Below, piece after piece: positions 48,401 through 61,540 of a DNA stretch of 64,000 bases (its first letter is position 1; every line of letters starts with the position of its first letter). Both the position numbers and the translations under genes were made by a program. Source of the DNA: Octopus vulgaris (lineage: Eukaryota); contig OX597815.1 in NCBI GenBank assembly GCA_951406725.2, positions 77,748,001-77,812,000 of the forward strand, given 5' to 3'. Under the pieces are notes generated by a model. It was not told where the DNA came from. It was given only the letters and a program-made list of their open reading frames with translations, and made no database searches.

Positions 48401-51400
48401 ATGAAGAACAGATAAAGTTTACTTGCATCATTCTGCTAATGAGATCTTATCTAAGAAATTCAAGGAATTCCTCAAAGTTCAAAGAATTTAACAAAAAAAT
48501 TTTAAGAATTTAGCAAAAAAAAAAAAAATTCAAGTAATTTAGAGAAATGGAGTGTGGGGATAATTCTGCTTCTATCTTCAAAGTGTGTGTAATGAATCAC
48601 ATCTACTGGGTAACTTTTATTAATGTTTTTTTAAAAATTTCTTTATGGAAATATTGATCCCACTGTTTTCCATTTAAAGTAAAGAAAGCAGGTCCAATAT
48701 TCTTTTGTCTTCACCTCCATCACACCACTTATAAGTTTCAGGCTTGGTGCCACCTTCAAAATGCAACATTCTTCTAATAATGTTCTATTTCTGCAAACAT
48801 CTGCCATTTTTTTTCATCTTTTTTATTTTTTTAAGTTTATTTTTTTCTGCTGCTGCCAACAAATCATTCTTAAACTCACAGTTATTATATCCTGTTATTT
48901 TCCAATGCCATCCCTACCACACCTATAACATTATATTAAACATTATTGTTTGTTTTCACTGTACTGTAAGCATCATTTTCTCAATTACTAATCCAACATT
49001 TTATCTCATGCTATCACAATCATTATATTTTTTTAATGCTACCTCATCAATGTCTCAAACATTACAATTACAAACAACAGTTTTGTCTTTCTTCTTAACA
49101 TTTCTCATTCTTTTTTTCCTGTTTTATTTATTAGAAATAAACAAATCTTTCAGTAGTATTCAAAAGTTATTGCCTTCTGTCAACGAAAATGATGGGTTTT
49201 AAACCTGTAACTTGATAAGATCTTTTTTCTTTAAATTCTTTTTGCAAGCTCTCACTTCCTATCAATTCAATTTTTTTTTGTTTTTAAATCTTTTTCCTTT
49301 ATGTTTTTTTAAATTTCATTTTTGTCTTTTCTCTCAGTTCTTTTCTGTGATTTTAAAAATAAATCTTCACACAGCTAGCAAGATAAAGGAATTAGTTATA
49401 AGCTCCTTGCTTTAATTATATTCAGAAATATTCGCACATTCATCTGCATTTCCATTTAAATGTGTAATTAACAGATGTTCCTTGTCTTAGAAGATTACAT
49501 TATGTGATATTGGTTCATTGATAACATATTGTACTCATCGCATCTCATTGCTTGAGTGTGGAAACTATTTTTGACTGATTTAACTTTTCATTCTTCTCCA
49601 GTTGATATGTACCAGTAATACATTGATAGTAATAAATTCAATTAATGGTTGAATTCATTAACCCTTCTGATACCAACCTGCCTAAGACCACCCTTGGCTC
49701 TACAATACAAACTTCCTGTTTTAAAGTGATCTAAATTAAAACCTTCCATAAAAATTCCATGTTAATTTGTATTCCGAACACCAGCTTAAAAGTTATTTTA
49801 TTAAATTCTCCATTATTTTCAAAATTAATTGAAACAAAGGCTGAGTATTTCACCAGAAATATGGTAGCATAATGGTTACTATCTTTACTTGTGTATAAGT
49901 TGCACCTCTAATTTAATGTTAAATGTTGGTACAAATTTTTTTCCTTCTTCATAGTTTTAGCTTTACCCTGTGTATTAGTCACACCCTAATTTTTTCAGTT
50001 AAAATCAGTTACAACATAGTGTGATTTATACATGAGTAGATACAGTAAATTAAGGCAGGAGGCTTATGTAGACATTAATAGTATTTTTAGTGTTGATTTA
50101 TAATCTCTGTCAAAGAACAAGCTGTCCAAAATGTCATGAATCAGAATAACAGTGTCCTGAGATCCAATTAACATCATTTCTCATATATTTTTTTGTCTTA
50201 CTCTTCAATAGGAAACTATCATTGTTAGCATGACATGTTTTATTTTCATCTATTAGAGGTCGTTCAGCTGCATCACGTATCCATACCTGTAATGTCACCT
50301 AACTCTCTTGCATACATTATGTAACTTGGCTAACAAAGCAGCCTCTAGTTTATTACTTGACCTGCTTGAAACAGCACTCGAAATTTCCTCAATTCACACC
50401 CAACCATGTCAGTGGTCCCTTTGGATAACGTGGTTGTGTTTTCCCTAAACATACCAAACAGATGGATGATCAAGGCTGGAATGCCTTTGATCACAGTTAA
50501 CTTGAGGATGGAAAGCAACAACATTATTTAACCAAGTCAGTAAGAGAGAGTCTCCTCATGGTTGCTCACCCTGCTAAAAGTAGCAGCCAAGTCTCCTTCA
50601 TATGTGTGTCCTTTTTATAAGGACATACTGTCATGTAAAAGGACACATTAAATGATATGGTACTTGATTCACTATATCTCATAAAAGACAGGATTGTTAT
50701 GGCTGAAGTGCCTTTCATCATAGGTGCATTTGTCCAGAGCTGACCTGGGGCTATACAACAATATCAATATTATATAATGTCTTTAATTTCCAGTCAGTTT
50801 CCCAGTTCTCTTTCCTCTATGTCCAATGGATCTATTTTAAGATTTTAGATGTTTGCCAGAAAGAAAATCAGTGATGCAAACTTTTAATAAAACTGGCTGA
50901 GAAGATGGTAAAATATCTGTTTGAGGCAGTTGATAGGATGGTAATCAGACTGGATTGAGATAAAAGTTTTCTTTTCTTGTCTTTTTTAGATAGATTCTTA
51001 ATATATAAGTTAGTCAATGGCAGATGAATAGTTGTTTTGATGTTTACAAGGCCTCCCAGACAAGAGAGATTGATGTGGATGCTGTCTAAGCTTGACTCAT
51101 CATTGTTGTTGTTGTTGTTGTTGTTGTTGTCAACATCATCATCGTCATCAACCATTTGCTTTTCATGCTGGCATAGGTGGCTGGTTTACTCTAATGTCTC
51201 ATTTTTGATATGTCTTCTGTAGTTGTATGCATTTCTTATGCCAATCACTTTGCAGAGTGTACTGGGCATTTTTTTTCATGGCATTAGCACATGTGAGATC
51301 ATCTTGTAACTCCTTGTGGATTACAAGGTGACAACTCTGCAGAAAAATCTAGGCTGGGAGATAGAAGTAGAAATCTGATCTGACTGCTGGCCTCTACTAA

Positions 51401-51544
51401 AGGTGTCTGTAGTGCTGGTATTTAGCCCTAAGTTGCTAGTAATTGAACATATCTGTGATTAAATTTAGTTGTATCTTGGGAGTGTCATTTGATTACTTAC
51501 TAGTTGACTACTACTACTACTCTTACTAATACCACCGCCACCAG

Positions 51545-53230
51545 ATTGATAAATGTACCAAGGCCACTTTCCAGAAAGGGAAATTGAAGACTTCACATTC
51601 AGTGGTGTTAGATGTTGACGTGGTCACAAAAGAACTTGAGCAGGAACAAACTTGCAAATACTTTGGAATAAATGAGGGCTCTGGCATTTAGCATGCAAGT
51701 GTGAAAGAGAAGATCAGGAAGGAATGTTATAGGAGAGTTCGAGCAGTCCTAAAATCCGAGTTAAATGCATGTAACAAGGTTTTAGCTATAAGTTCCTTAG
51801 CAATTCAGGTTGTTATTTACAGTTTCAATGTGTTAAACTGGAATATGAGTGAAATAAGGAAGATTGACAGGAAAATCCATAAGCTGCTGACTTGCAATAA
51901 GATGCACCACCCAAAGGTAGATGCAGATTGTCTTTATCTACCCAGAGCTCAAGGAGGTTGAGACTTGATGCAGTTTGAAATCTCCTGCAAAGCCACCACA
52001 ACTGGACTGGCAAAATATCTTGAAACATCTAACAACTGGATGCTAAAGCTTGTTGAAAACTTTGAAAAATGTAAGCAGTTTCGTTCTGTTATGAAGGAGA
52101 GCAAAAAGTTTGCAAGTGAGTTTATGCATAATACCCACATTGAACAGCATGATAGAAGTGCAGCAACTGTAGTTGCAAAGGTGAAATCAATTGCAAAGCA
52201 AAATGCATTTGGAAAGTTGGCTAATAGGTGAGAACAAAAACCTCTGTATGACAAATATGTGGCCCATAGCAAACAAGCTGATGTAAACTAGAAGCACACC
52301 CATCAGTGGCTGCAGAGCTCAGAGCTAAAGGCAGAGAGTGAAGGCTTTATCTTGGTTGCCCAAGATCAGAGCTTATTGACCTGGAACTATCAAGCCAATG
52401 TGATGAAAAATGGCATAGACCCAAACTGCTGATACTGCAATGATGGGATTGAAACAGTGGACCAACTGATCTGAGTGTAAGGTTTTAGCACCTGTAGAGT
52501 ACAAATCAAGACATGACAGAATTGGCCAATATCTACAGTGGATAATGTGTCAGCATTATAAAATCAAAACTACTGACAAAAGGTACAAGCACCACCTTGT
52601 GGCTGTAACTGAGGGAGAAAATGTAACTATTCTTTGGGACTTCCCAGTATGTACAGACCAGACCATCAAAGCAAATAAACCAAATGTTGTTGTGAAAGAC
52701 CAAAACAATAACGTCTCTTTATTGATTGACATGAGCATACTCTGTGACTATAATATCTCAGCAAAAGAATTTGCTAAGCTCAGAAAATATAAAAATTTAC
52801 CAATCAAAATCGAAAAGATGTGGCATTTCAAGACGGATACAGTACCAGTGATTGTAGGAGCACTTGGAATGATCAAAAAAGGAACTGAAAATTATTTAAG
52901 ATTGATCTCTTGCTTACCATCCTTGCAGGAAGTGCAAAAGATTGTCTTAACTGGTACATCATGCATATTGAGAAGAGCATTGTCGCTATGAATTTTCTTC
53001 CCTCCCCTCTTTATTTTCTTTGTTTACTTTTTTATTTTTTATTGTTTCCTTTTTCTCTCTGTCTTTTGTTCCCTTTTTCTCTATCACATGACTTTGTAAA
53101 TGAACAATCTGGTGTATTTATTTTAATGGCCTACCAATGTATACAGTACATTTCTCTGCCCTAGGTGTCAAGAAGACCTTTGGCAAGAAATGGAAACAGA
53201 ATTGAAAGAAGAGGCTAATGAAAATAATTT
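51545..53230 (+). mobile_element. 5'-truncated, decayed R4/Dong-like LINE (RT thumb, zinc finger, restriction-like endonuclease; coding to 52991)
   Basis: KYFGINE..KEKIRKECYRRVRAVLKSELNA..HHPKVDADCLYLPRAQGG; ESEGFILVAQDQSL; C..C...ETVDQL; RHD; TILWDFPVCTD...ANKPNVVVKD...LLIDMS; VPVIVGALG; several stops. Confidence 0.87.
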
Positions 53231-53727
53231 TAAAAAATAAAATAAAGCTAGTGCATGTGTTTATTATTGGCAAATTCACCCCCTCAAGATAAAATAAAAT
53301 TTGTTTCAACATGTGAGAATTTTATAAACCAAATACAGAAACAAAATTTTCTATGATTAGATACTTTCCAGCTGTGACTATCTTGCCTATTTTTCAGACA
53401 TATTGCAGACTAGACTATATTATTCAAGCTGTTCATTGGTTTTAAAGATGGAGTAGTTTGAGGATGATTTAGCTTCTATTTCTAGAAAGGCCTCCAGCCC
53501 TAATATAACAGTGAAAAGAACAGTTATTGTATTAAGTGAAATTTTGAAATACAGGCATTGTAAGTATAGGAACTATTTAGATAATAATATAAACAAAAAA
53601 ATTAGCTCATTTGGGATAAGAGTTTTAATGAGGATGATAATGATGCTGACCCTAAGATGAATTATGTAAATTATTGATGTGTAATTACATACTGTGTTAG
53701 ATACAACCTATGAATATATTCTTAGAT

Positions 53728-54062
53728 CAGTGCTTCTCAATCGGGGTTCATTCATCTCCTGAAGGTCCATATAAGATTTTTGGGGATCCACATAACAAAA
53801 TAGTAAATTGGGGATCCACAATAGTATTTTAAGGGCCTCTGAAAAAATTTTGCTTTAGATGTATGTATTGGTATGTATTGCAAGAAACAGCTAGGGTTCT
53901 TTTTCTAACATTTTACATGCTTTAACCTATACTAGTTATTGTGTAAAAAAACAAAAAGAAATTTTGAAAGAAGTTTCTATAAAACTAGTTTTTAAACATC
54001 GAAAAGCTTTGGGGGACCACCAGAATAAAATAGTAATAAAAGGGGTTCATAAGTAACAAATG
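53728..54062. mobile_element. hAT-type MITE with right TIR largely deleted
   Basis: Left TIR cagtgcttctcaatc; repeated ggggatccac/ggggttcat subterminal motifs; imperfect TSD tcttagat/ctctagat. Confidence 0.6.
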
Positions 54063-55733
54063 CTCTAGATATTTTTTCTTTATATTTTTATCTTTTGTTT
54101 TAGTAATTGGATTATAGCCATGCTGGAGCACTACCTTGAAGGATTTATTCAAACAAATCAGCCTCAGTACTTACTTTTAAAGTCTGATACATGCTCAAGG
54201 GACATAAACAAACCAACACTAGTTATCAAGCAGTGGTGGTATTCGATGGGGGTGGGGGGATGGATGACAAACACTGTCAGAAACACAATCACAAACACGT
54301 GCACAGAATAGTTCAGAATAGTAAGATATGTCAAGGGTTACCTAGGAAATGACAAAAGGGAAAGAGAATTCTGGAAATTTATCCATCCATGACTACAATG
54401 AAATAAATATCAGATTAACATTTTCAAAACAAGAAAAATATAATAAAAGGGGAAATATTTGACAGGAGCTTTATTTTGATTGTTTTGGCTGTGGCAAATT
54501 TCCAAATATCAATATTTTTATGAGCAATTGACTATTGAATCAAATATTTTTATTGTTGAATAATGCACTTTAATCTTTCTTGTTCTTGTAGTTATCTATG
54601 CATTTCACTTATTTTGTTTATTTATTTATTTCCTTTTTCCTTGTTTGGATGAATACATCAAATGTTTTTTATACAGTTGGATGCCCTTTCTACTGCTAAC
54701 CACTTAACTGTGAGAGTAGGAATATGACCTGGTTTTACTTGTCAAAGTTGTTGACTTTGCTGAAGGTCACTCAACATCATGGCTGCTGTAAGATTTTAAC
54801 TTCTGAACGATATGGTCAGTGATCCAGCTCTGTTAAGTAAACATCATGACCAAGTTATTTAGGCTCACTCCTGTATATGTGGATTTGTGCATGAATTTCA
54901 AGAATATAAGAATTATATCCAGATAGTTATTTCAAACAGAAGCCACTCTCATGTCACGAAGCAGGCCTCTTATCTGTTTTCCATCTAGACAGACAGACTC
55001 GGTTTTATGTAAAATAAGATGCTTAAAATCTCAATAGAAGCCTTTATATTGCAGATTCATTCATGGGAAAGATAAATCAAGTAACAAAAATACTTGTAAA
55101 TTTTTGTTTTTACTGACTCAAGCTAAAATAAAAACAAACACGGTTACTACTGTGAATCAGCAGAATTGTTAGGGTGTTGGACAGAATGTCTAGTGGTATT
55201 CACTTATGGTGTTTCATGTTGTGAGTTCTAATCCCACCAAGGTCAACTTTGTCATTCATCTTTCCATGGTTGACAAAATAATATACCAGTTGAGTGCTGG
55301 AGTTCATAAATCTTGTGTCTGTTAGATTTCAATATTACCTCTTCTCATAATTTATTTAATCTGTTGGGAGGTGGAGACTCAGACATTGAAATTTGGACTA
55401 AATATCTCACAATATTTAGTTGTGTTTGTCTTTATTCTTACTTTAATTCCTACCTAGGCTAGCCCTTTCAAGGTTACTAAAATAAATACCAGTCATTTAC
55501 TGTATCAGTTCAAATGACTATATTTTTCCTTGACAAATATATATGAATGCTATACTAGAAATAAGTATTTACCTCATAGAGGTGAGACAGCTGAATGTAT
55601 GAGGTATTGGGCTATCTACTCATAAAGTAAGTTCTATTTAGTTGTTGGTTTTTTGAATTTAGTTCTTTTCCTCCCATTTGTAGTACAAAACACTCTCTTT
55701 CTCTGTGTGTGTGTGTTTTAAGAAGGAGGCAGT

Positions 55734-55859
55734 GATCGGCAGGCGGCGTCTGTCTTCCTCATCAATATCATCTATTTGTTTATCCTTCGTCTCATCTTGT
55801 ATTTTGTCCAGCCTCCAATTGCTTCTGTGTAAAGCCCTTGTGGCTAATTTTATGAAATA
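55734..55859 (+). mobile_element. 126-bp 3'-tail insertion of a Tx1-like element with 14-bp TSD
   Basis: Direct repeat aagaaggaggcagt at 55720-55733 and 55860-55873; tail agcccttgtggctaat...aaata. Confidence 0.72.
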
Positions 55860-55865
55860 AAGAAG

Positions 55866-55924
55866 GAGGCAGTCAGAATTTTGGATAATTCTTTATTAGC
55901 GCTATCTAAAATTCTGACTGCCTC
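55866..55924. repeat. 22-bp-stem hairpin
   Basis: gaggcagtcagaattttggata / tatctaaaattctgactgcctc, one mismatch. Confidence 0.85.
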
Positions 55925-56034
55925 TTTCTTCTTAATATACAATATCTGTACACCACTTCAAGCATTCTCACTCTACACACACACATGCATGTGCATGCAC
56001 GCACACGCACACACACACACACATGCATGTGCAT

Positions 56035-56095
<61 letters not shown>

Positions 56096-56436
56096 ATGTA
56101 TAATATATGTTGTCTGAAGCTTACTCATCACTCGCAAGTGAGTATGGTCTGGTGGCTTGCACCACACTTTCACTAGTTGCTACAGGTACCCATGCAATCA
56201 CCAGTGGACATAGACATGCTCTTTGCCCTCCCACTCTTGATCCAGTGGAACATTGAGGATGTAATGAGTGGAAGGAGATAGAGCTGCATCAGTAGTTGGC
56301 TGTTACTCATTTTCAGCTGAGTAGACTGGAGCATTGAGAAATTATGTGCCCTGTTCAAGGACACAATATGCTACCCAATCAAAGAACTGAGCCCATTACC
56401 TTATTATCAAGATGTCATCACCCTAAGCTAATACTT

Positions 56437-56470
<34 letters not shown>

Positions 56471-56644
56471 ATAATAAATGTCCACTTTTCCATGCTTGTA
56501 TGGGTTTGACAGAATTCATTGAACCATATTTTCTATGAATGGAGCAAGGTAATTTTTCCCCATGGCCAAACATGTTTTACATGGAAGACTGGAAGCAAAC
56601 AACATTGCTTGTATGACAGTCATGCTTGCTTACAACCATCATGC

Positions 56645-57290
56645 GATTGGAAGATCAAAGAAGCTCAACAAATTGGTACCACACAATTTGAATGAAAATT
56701 AGAAAATGTGCAGATATGAAATTTGTTTGTCACTTCTCCGTAACCAGACTGATCCATTTCTCAACCATATTGTAACTTGCAACGAAAAGTGGATTCTGTA
56801 CAATAATAAAAAACGTTCTTTGCAGTGGTTGGACCAAAGTGAAACACCGAAAACCTTCCCTAAACCCAAGCTCTTCAAAAAGAAGGTTATGGTGACTGTT
56901 AGGTGGAGTACTGCTGGGCTCATCCACTATAATTTCTTAAAACCTGGAAAAACCATTCCTGCAGAAACTTATTGCCATGAAATTTTCAAAATGAACGAAA
57001 AACTGCTACTCTTCTGTCCCAGACTAGTCAACAGAAGAGGGCCAATCATTGTTCATGACAATGCTTGACCACATGTTTCACCAATGAAGCTCCAGAAGTT
57101 GAGGGAACTTAGCTATGAAGTTCTTCCCTACCTAGCTTATTCCCCAGACTTTTCTCCTATCGACTACCATGTTTTAAAGAACCTTGATGGTTTCCTGCAA
57201 GAGAAGGAGTTTAAAAATCAAACCGATGTTGAAAGCGCATTCAAAGAGTTCATCAGCTCCAGAACTCCAGATTTTTATGTTACTGGTATA
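56645..57290 (+). pseudogene. Mariner (DD34D, Mos1/Hsmar-like) transposase remnant
   Basis: (W)VPHNLNE; FLNHIVTCNEKWILYNN; KKVMVTVRW; IVHDNA*PH; AYSPDFSPIDYH; in-frame stops. Confidence 0.92.
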
Positions 57291-57992
57291 TATATATATA
57301 TATATGTATATATGATATGATGATGGCCGTCCACTCGTGACTGAGAAAGACCATTGCTGACTTTTAGGAAAATTGTGTGCTCTAGGACTAACTTATATTT
57401 TGCAGGCTGTCCTTTACAGGTGTTGTTGCCGCATAAAATGTACTCATGCCGCTGCTGCATGAATGCACCTGTGCCAGTGGCCCATTCAAAGCACCCAGCA
57501 CACTCTATAAAGTGGCTGGTGTTATGAAGGGCATCCAGCCATTGAAATCATGCCACCTCAGACAATTGGTGTCTGGACAGCTCTATGGCTGACCAGCTCA
57601 TGTCAAACGGTCCAACCCTGACCAGCATGGAAAACAGACGTTAAATGATGATATATAAATCAATAAGTATGGAAAAATAGCATGAAATGTTAAGTTTTAT
57701 TGCAAAATTATGATTTCTACTGATTTTTCTTTGATTATTTGGTATTTATTTATTTTATTTTTATTTTCATATTTGTCTTCTCCTTGGGTTTTATTCAGAT
57801 CCAACAAAGGCTCATTTAGAAATAACATTGTGTTTTCCTTTTATTATTGTTATTTTGTAAGGTATTTTGGAAGAATCATCTTTGCCAATTATAAACACAC
57901 ACACAGACACTGATTGCGGCTGTTATTCATTTCTTTATTATTTAATTATCTGATTGTTAACCATTCAAAGTTTTCCATCATTATTACCTGCT

Positions 57993-58102
<110 letters not shown>

Positions 58103-59450
58103 ACTCTTCCAAAATACAACAATGCTTGTTTTTGAAAAACATTCTTTCAGATCAAAATTCCTGCCAAACCTATATTTTTGGCATTTTTCCCTTTTTTCTT
58201 TTCTTTTTTTTTTGTAATCAGGAAATAAATTAGCTAAAAAAAAGAAGAAAAAAAGACAAAGAAAAAAGGTGTCTTAATGAATATTATTAGGTTACATGTA
58301 AATGTTTATTCCAGAATGGAGAAAAATAATACTTTTCAATTCAGTGTTTCAATTCTTTCATAGTTTTGTGGCTCTGTTCCAACAATAGAGTCACTATAGA
58401 GTTGCTTGACCTGCTAAAAATAGCAGGTGAATCTTCCCCAACTCACATTGGATAATTCACTTCTAGATATGCTATGCTGGACAATAATAATATAATGTCC
58501 TGGACTTCAATGCCTTTGATCTTAGATGATCAATCTGGATTAAACTAAAACAAAATCAACACAGACTACTGTAACAAAACTTTGAAAAATAACAACACCT
58601 CTACAGGCCAATAAGGGAGCCACAATGTAGCTGTTCAACTTGCTAAAAATAACTACCAAATTTCCCTCAAATAATATGCTATCTTAAAAAAGTAATTACA
58701 CACTGGATAATATAGTCCAGACTGCTATTTTCTTAGTCTTTCACTTGTTTCATTCAGTTGACTGTGGCCATACTGGAGCACAGTTTAAATAAGTTTAGTA
58801 AAACAAATTGACTTCAGTATTGATTTTTAAGTCTAGTATATATTCTATCAGTTGTCAATTAGTGGAGGTGGATGGTGGATGTGTACAGGTATCTCTCTTT
58901 GTCTCTTTCTTTTATACACACATACACACGTGTTTTATGGGCTCTCACAGTTTCCTTCTATGGAATTGACTCACCAGATATTGGTTAACCCTTGTCCCAG
59001 ACATCACATAGTGAGACTGAACCTGAAGCTACATGGCAGCTAACTGAACTTCCTATCCACACAGCCCGCCAAGCCTGTACCTACTTCTGTGCCTAAAAGG
59101 TGGATGGTCATTACCAAAAGATCCATTTGGTCAGAGCTGCCTTGGGCTAAAAGACAACAGTAATACAAACAATTTCATGTCTAGTAGATACAAACAGCAC
59201 AACTGCTACATCATACAGGGTTGTTATATTACCTAACTTTATATATATTTTTTCTTTACCTGGTTAAACACTATATCTTCTGATCCATTGTCAGGGGAAA
59301 ACAATAATAACAATGTTGAATGGTTCTACATTTGAGTTGAGTGTTAAGTTTCACATCTCTCTATCTTCTCTCTCATCCTCTCTCTTCAGTTTTCGTTTTG
59401 TATTTTCTGTTTGTATCTCACTCTTTTTTTCCTTCTCTCTTGTTTCCTCT

Positions 59451-59566
59451 TCTTTTCCTCCCTTTATTTTCACTCTTGTTTCCTTCTCTCTTTCCTCTTT
59501 TCCTCCCTTTATTTTCACTCTTTTTTCCTTCTCTCTTTCCTCTTTTCCTCCCTTTATTTTCACTCT
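59451..59566. repeat. 45-bp pyrimidine-rich tandem repeat (~2.6 units)
   Basis: tcttttcctccctttattttcactct starts at 59451, 59496, 59541. Confidence 0.9.
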
Positions 59567-60399
59567 GTTCTTCTCAGTCTCATTTTGACTCCTGCTATTT
59601 CTCTTTCCTTCCCTTCCCACATCTCTCTCTCTCTCTTTGTCTCTCTCTCTCTCTCTCCCATAGTTGTTGTTAGTTTAAATATATAATAAGAATGAAGCAT
59701 GATGGGTGATAAAATGCTACAAACTGGTGAATGATTAATTGGAGCAGAGAATCTCATAGAATGAGATAATTAGACATAGCCTGAGATAACAAGGACTTGC
59801 AGAAAAATCAATGAATTACACATCCGACTGCAGATCTAACTGATGCCATATATTATTGTCATGGAATGTGTTGGCTGATTTCTTCTTTAACCATTTCCAG
59901 ACTAAAGAACACCTAATTAGATGGATTCTTCTTGGAAGATCTTTTGCAGTTTCAGAACTTGCCCTCTGTTGTTTTGTTGTTTATAGAACTTGATTGTTAC
60001 TAATCTATATTTACTCAAATAGTAATACATTTTCACAGAAATAACTGTTGTTTATCATCATTATTGTTTTTAATGTCCACTTTTCCATGTTTGCATGGGT
60101 TCGGCAAAATTTGTTGATGTTGGATGCTCTTCCTGTTGCTAAACTTACTTGTTTCAAAGCAAGGTAATATTTCTCTGTGGCTGAACATGTTTTCACAGAA
60201 GATTGGAAATGAAAGGCTGCTTGTATGATGGTGATATGTGTTTACTACTATTTTCATGATGTCAAGTCAAGGAGACAGAAACATGTATACATGCACACTT
60301 GAACTTCCACACACTCACACCCATGCATGCAAGCATACACACACATGTGTGTGTGTGTGCAACAAATCCTCCCTATCTTAACTAAAAACTCTGAAGCAA

Positions 60400-61540
60400 A
60401 TGTGGTCCTTACCAGAATTAGAATCTTGATGAGGGACAATCATGCAATATTTATGTATGGTATGATATAAACAACAAAGCACCATAAACCAATAAATCAA
60501 TAACTCTTTAACAAGTTCAGCTCTGCTAGAATAAAAGACACCTTAGAACAATGAGACCACAAGATACAAAAGATTTACAGGCAACAAGTACATCAAATGT
60601 TTTCCCATCATCAGTTGCCTAACAGACATCATTATGGTTTCAGCACTGGCAATGTCAAGAGCGTTAAAAACATAAAAGCTGCCTGGGAATTAATAGACAA
60701 GAAGCAGAAGCAAATGTTTGCATAATATGTCCATTAGCTCTACACCTGCTTATTACAAATGCAAGCACCAAATCTCTAAAATATACCAAAGTTACAGCTA
60801 TAAAACACAGAAAATAGAATTACTGCATATAAAATATCATTAAAAATACTTTCATAAAGACATTGCTAACACACTAGTGAACTAAACATATTGAGCAAAT
60901 TTATTAAACCTAATTGAAAGCTCAGATTACTAATACATGAAACAGAAAACAATAACCTAAGGGATAACCAACATAGAGAAATTAAAGAACATAGACCAAT
61001 TGACATTGCTGCTCCACACTCTATAACATATATTTCAGACACAAAAACATAAGTAAAACAAACACATATAAACTAGCAGAATAACATATCAGTTTATCTA
61101 TTCGGGCCCCAACCATCTTAAAAAAGCATGATATGGGTATAACCTTTTATTTCTCAACATTTATAAACCTTAATTACAGAAAATAAATTTAAATAAATAT
61201 TTCATCTAAAAACATATACATAGTATAATATAATATAAAAATGATTAAAACATCCAAGTCATAATGAAAATAACTCACTAAAATACTTAAACATGATAAC
61301 ACATTTAAAACAATATAATTGTAAACAAATTGAATAACATGTCATTTAAATTTCAGATGTTAAAATGCCCACGACATTGTAGAACTATAGCTATTAAATA
61401 AACTTGAATTATAGAAAGCATTTAAACAATATTTTCACCTATAAACTTATATATAATCTAAAATTGACTAAAACAAGCAAAATGCAATAAGATATCTCTT
61501 ATTTAAAATAACATAGAATGATATTGGTGCCAACCAAATC
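60400..61540 (+). mobile_element. Possible highly decayed LINE RT relic
   Basis: A-rich strand bias; EIKEHRPIDI (YRPI-like) near 60980 and LEL*KAF (D..KAFD-like) near 61405; weak. Confidence 0.35.

Noticed and set aside
48744-49415. 152-aa and 67-aa hydrophobic ORFs
   Set aside because: T-rich compositional artefacts with non-ATG starts.
4360-57870. Candidate host exons after pyrimidine-AG tracts (near 4377, 14217, 47782, 50210, 57798)
   Set aside because: No consistent open frame, donor site or recognisable protein.
59313-59757. Overlapping F/S/L-rich and E/K/R-rich ORFs
   Set aside because: Produced by the CT-rich 45-bp tandem repeat.
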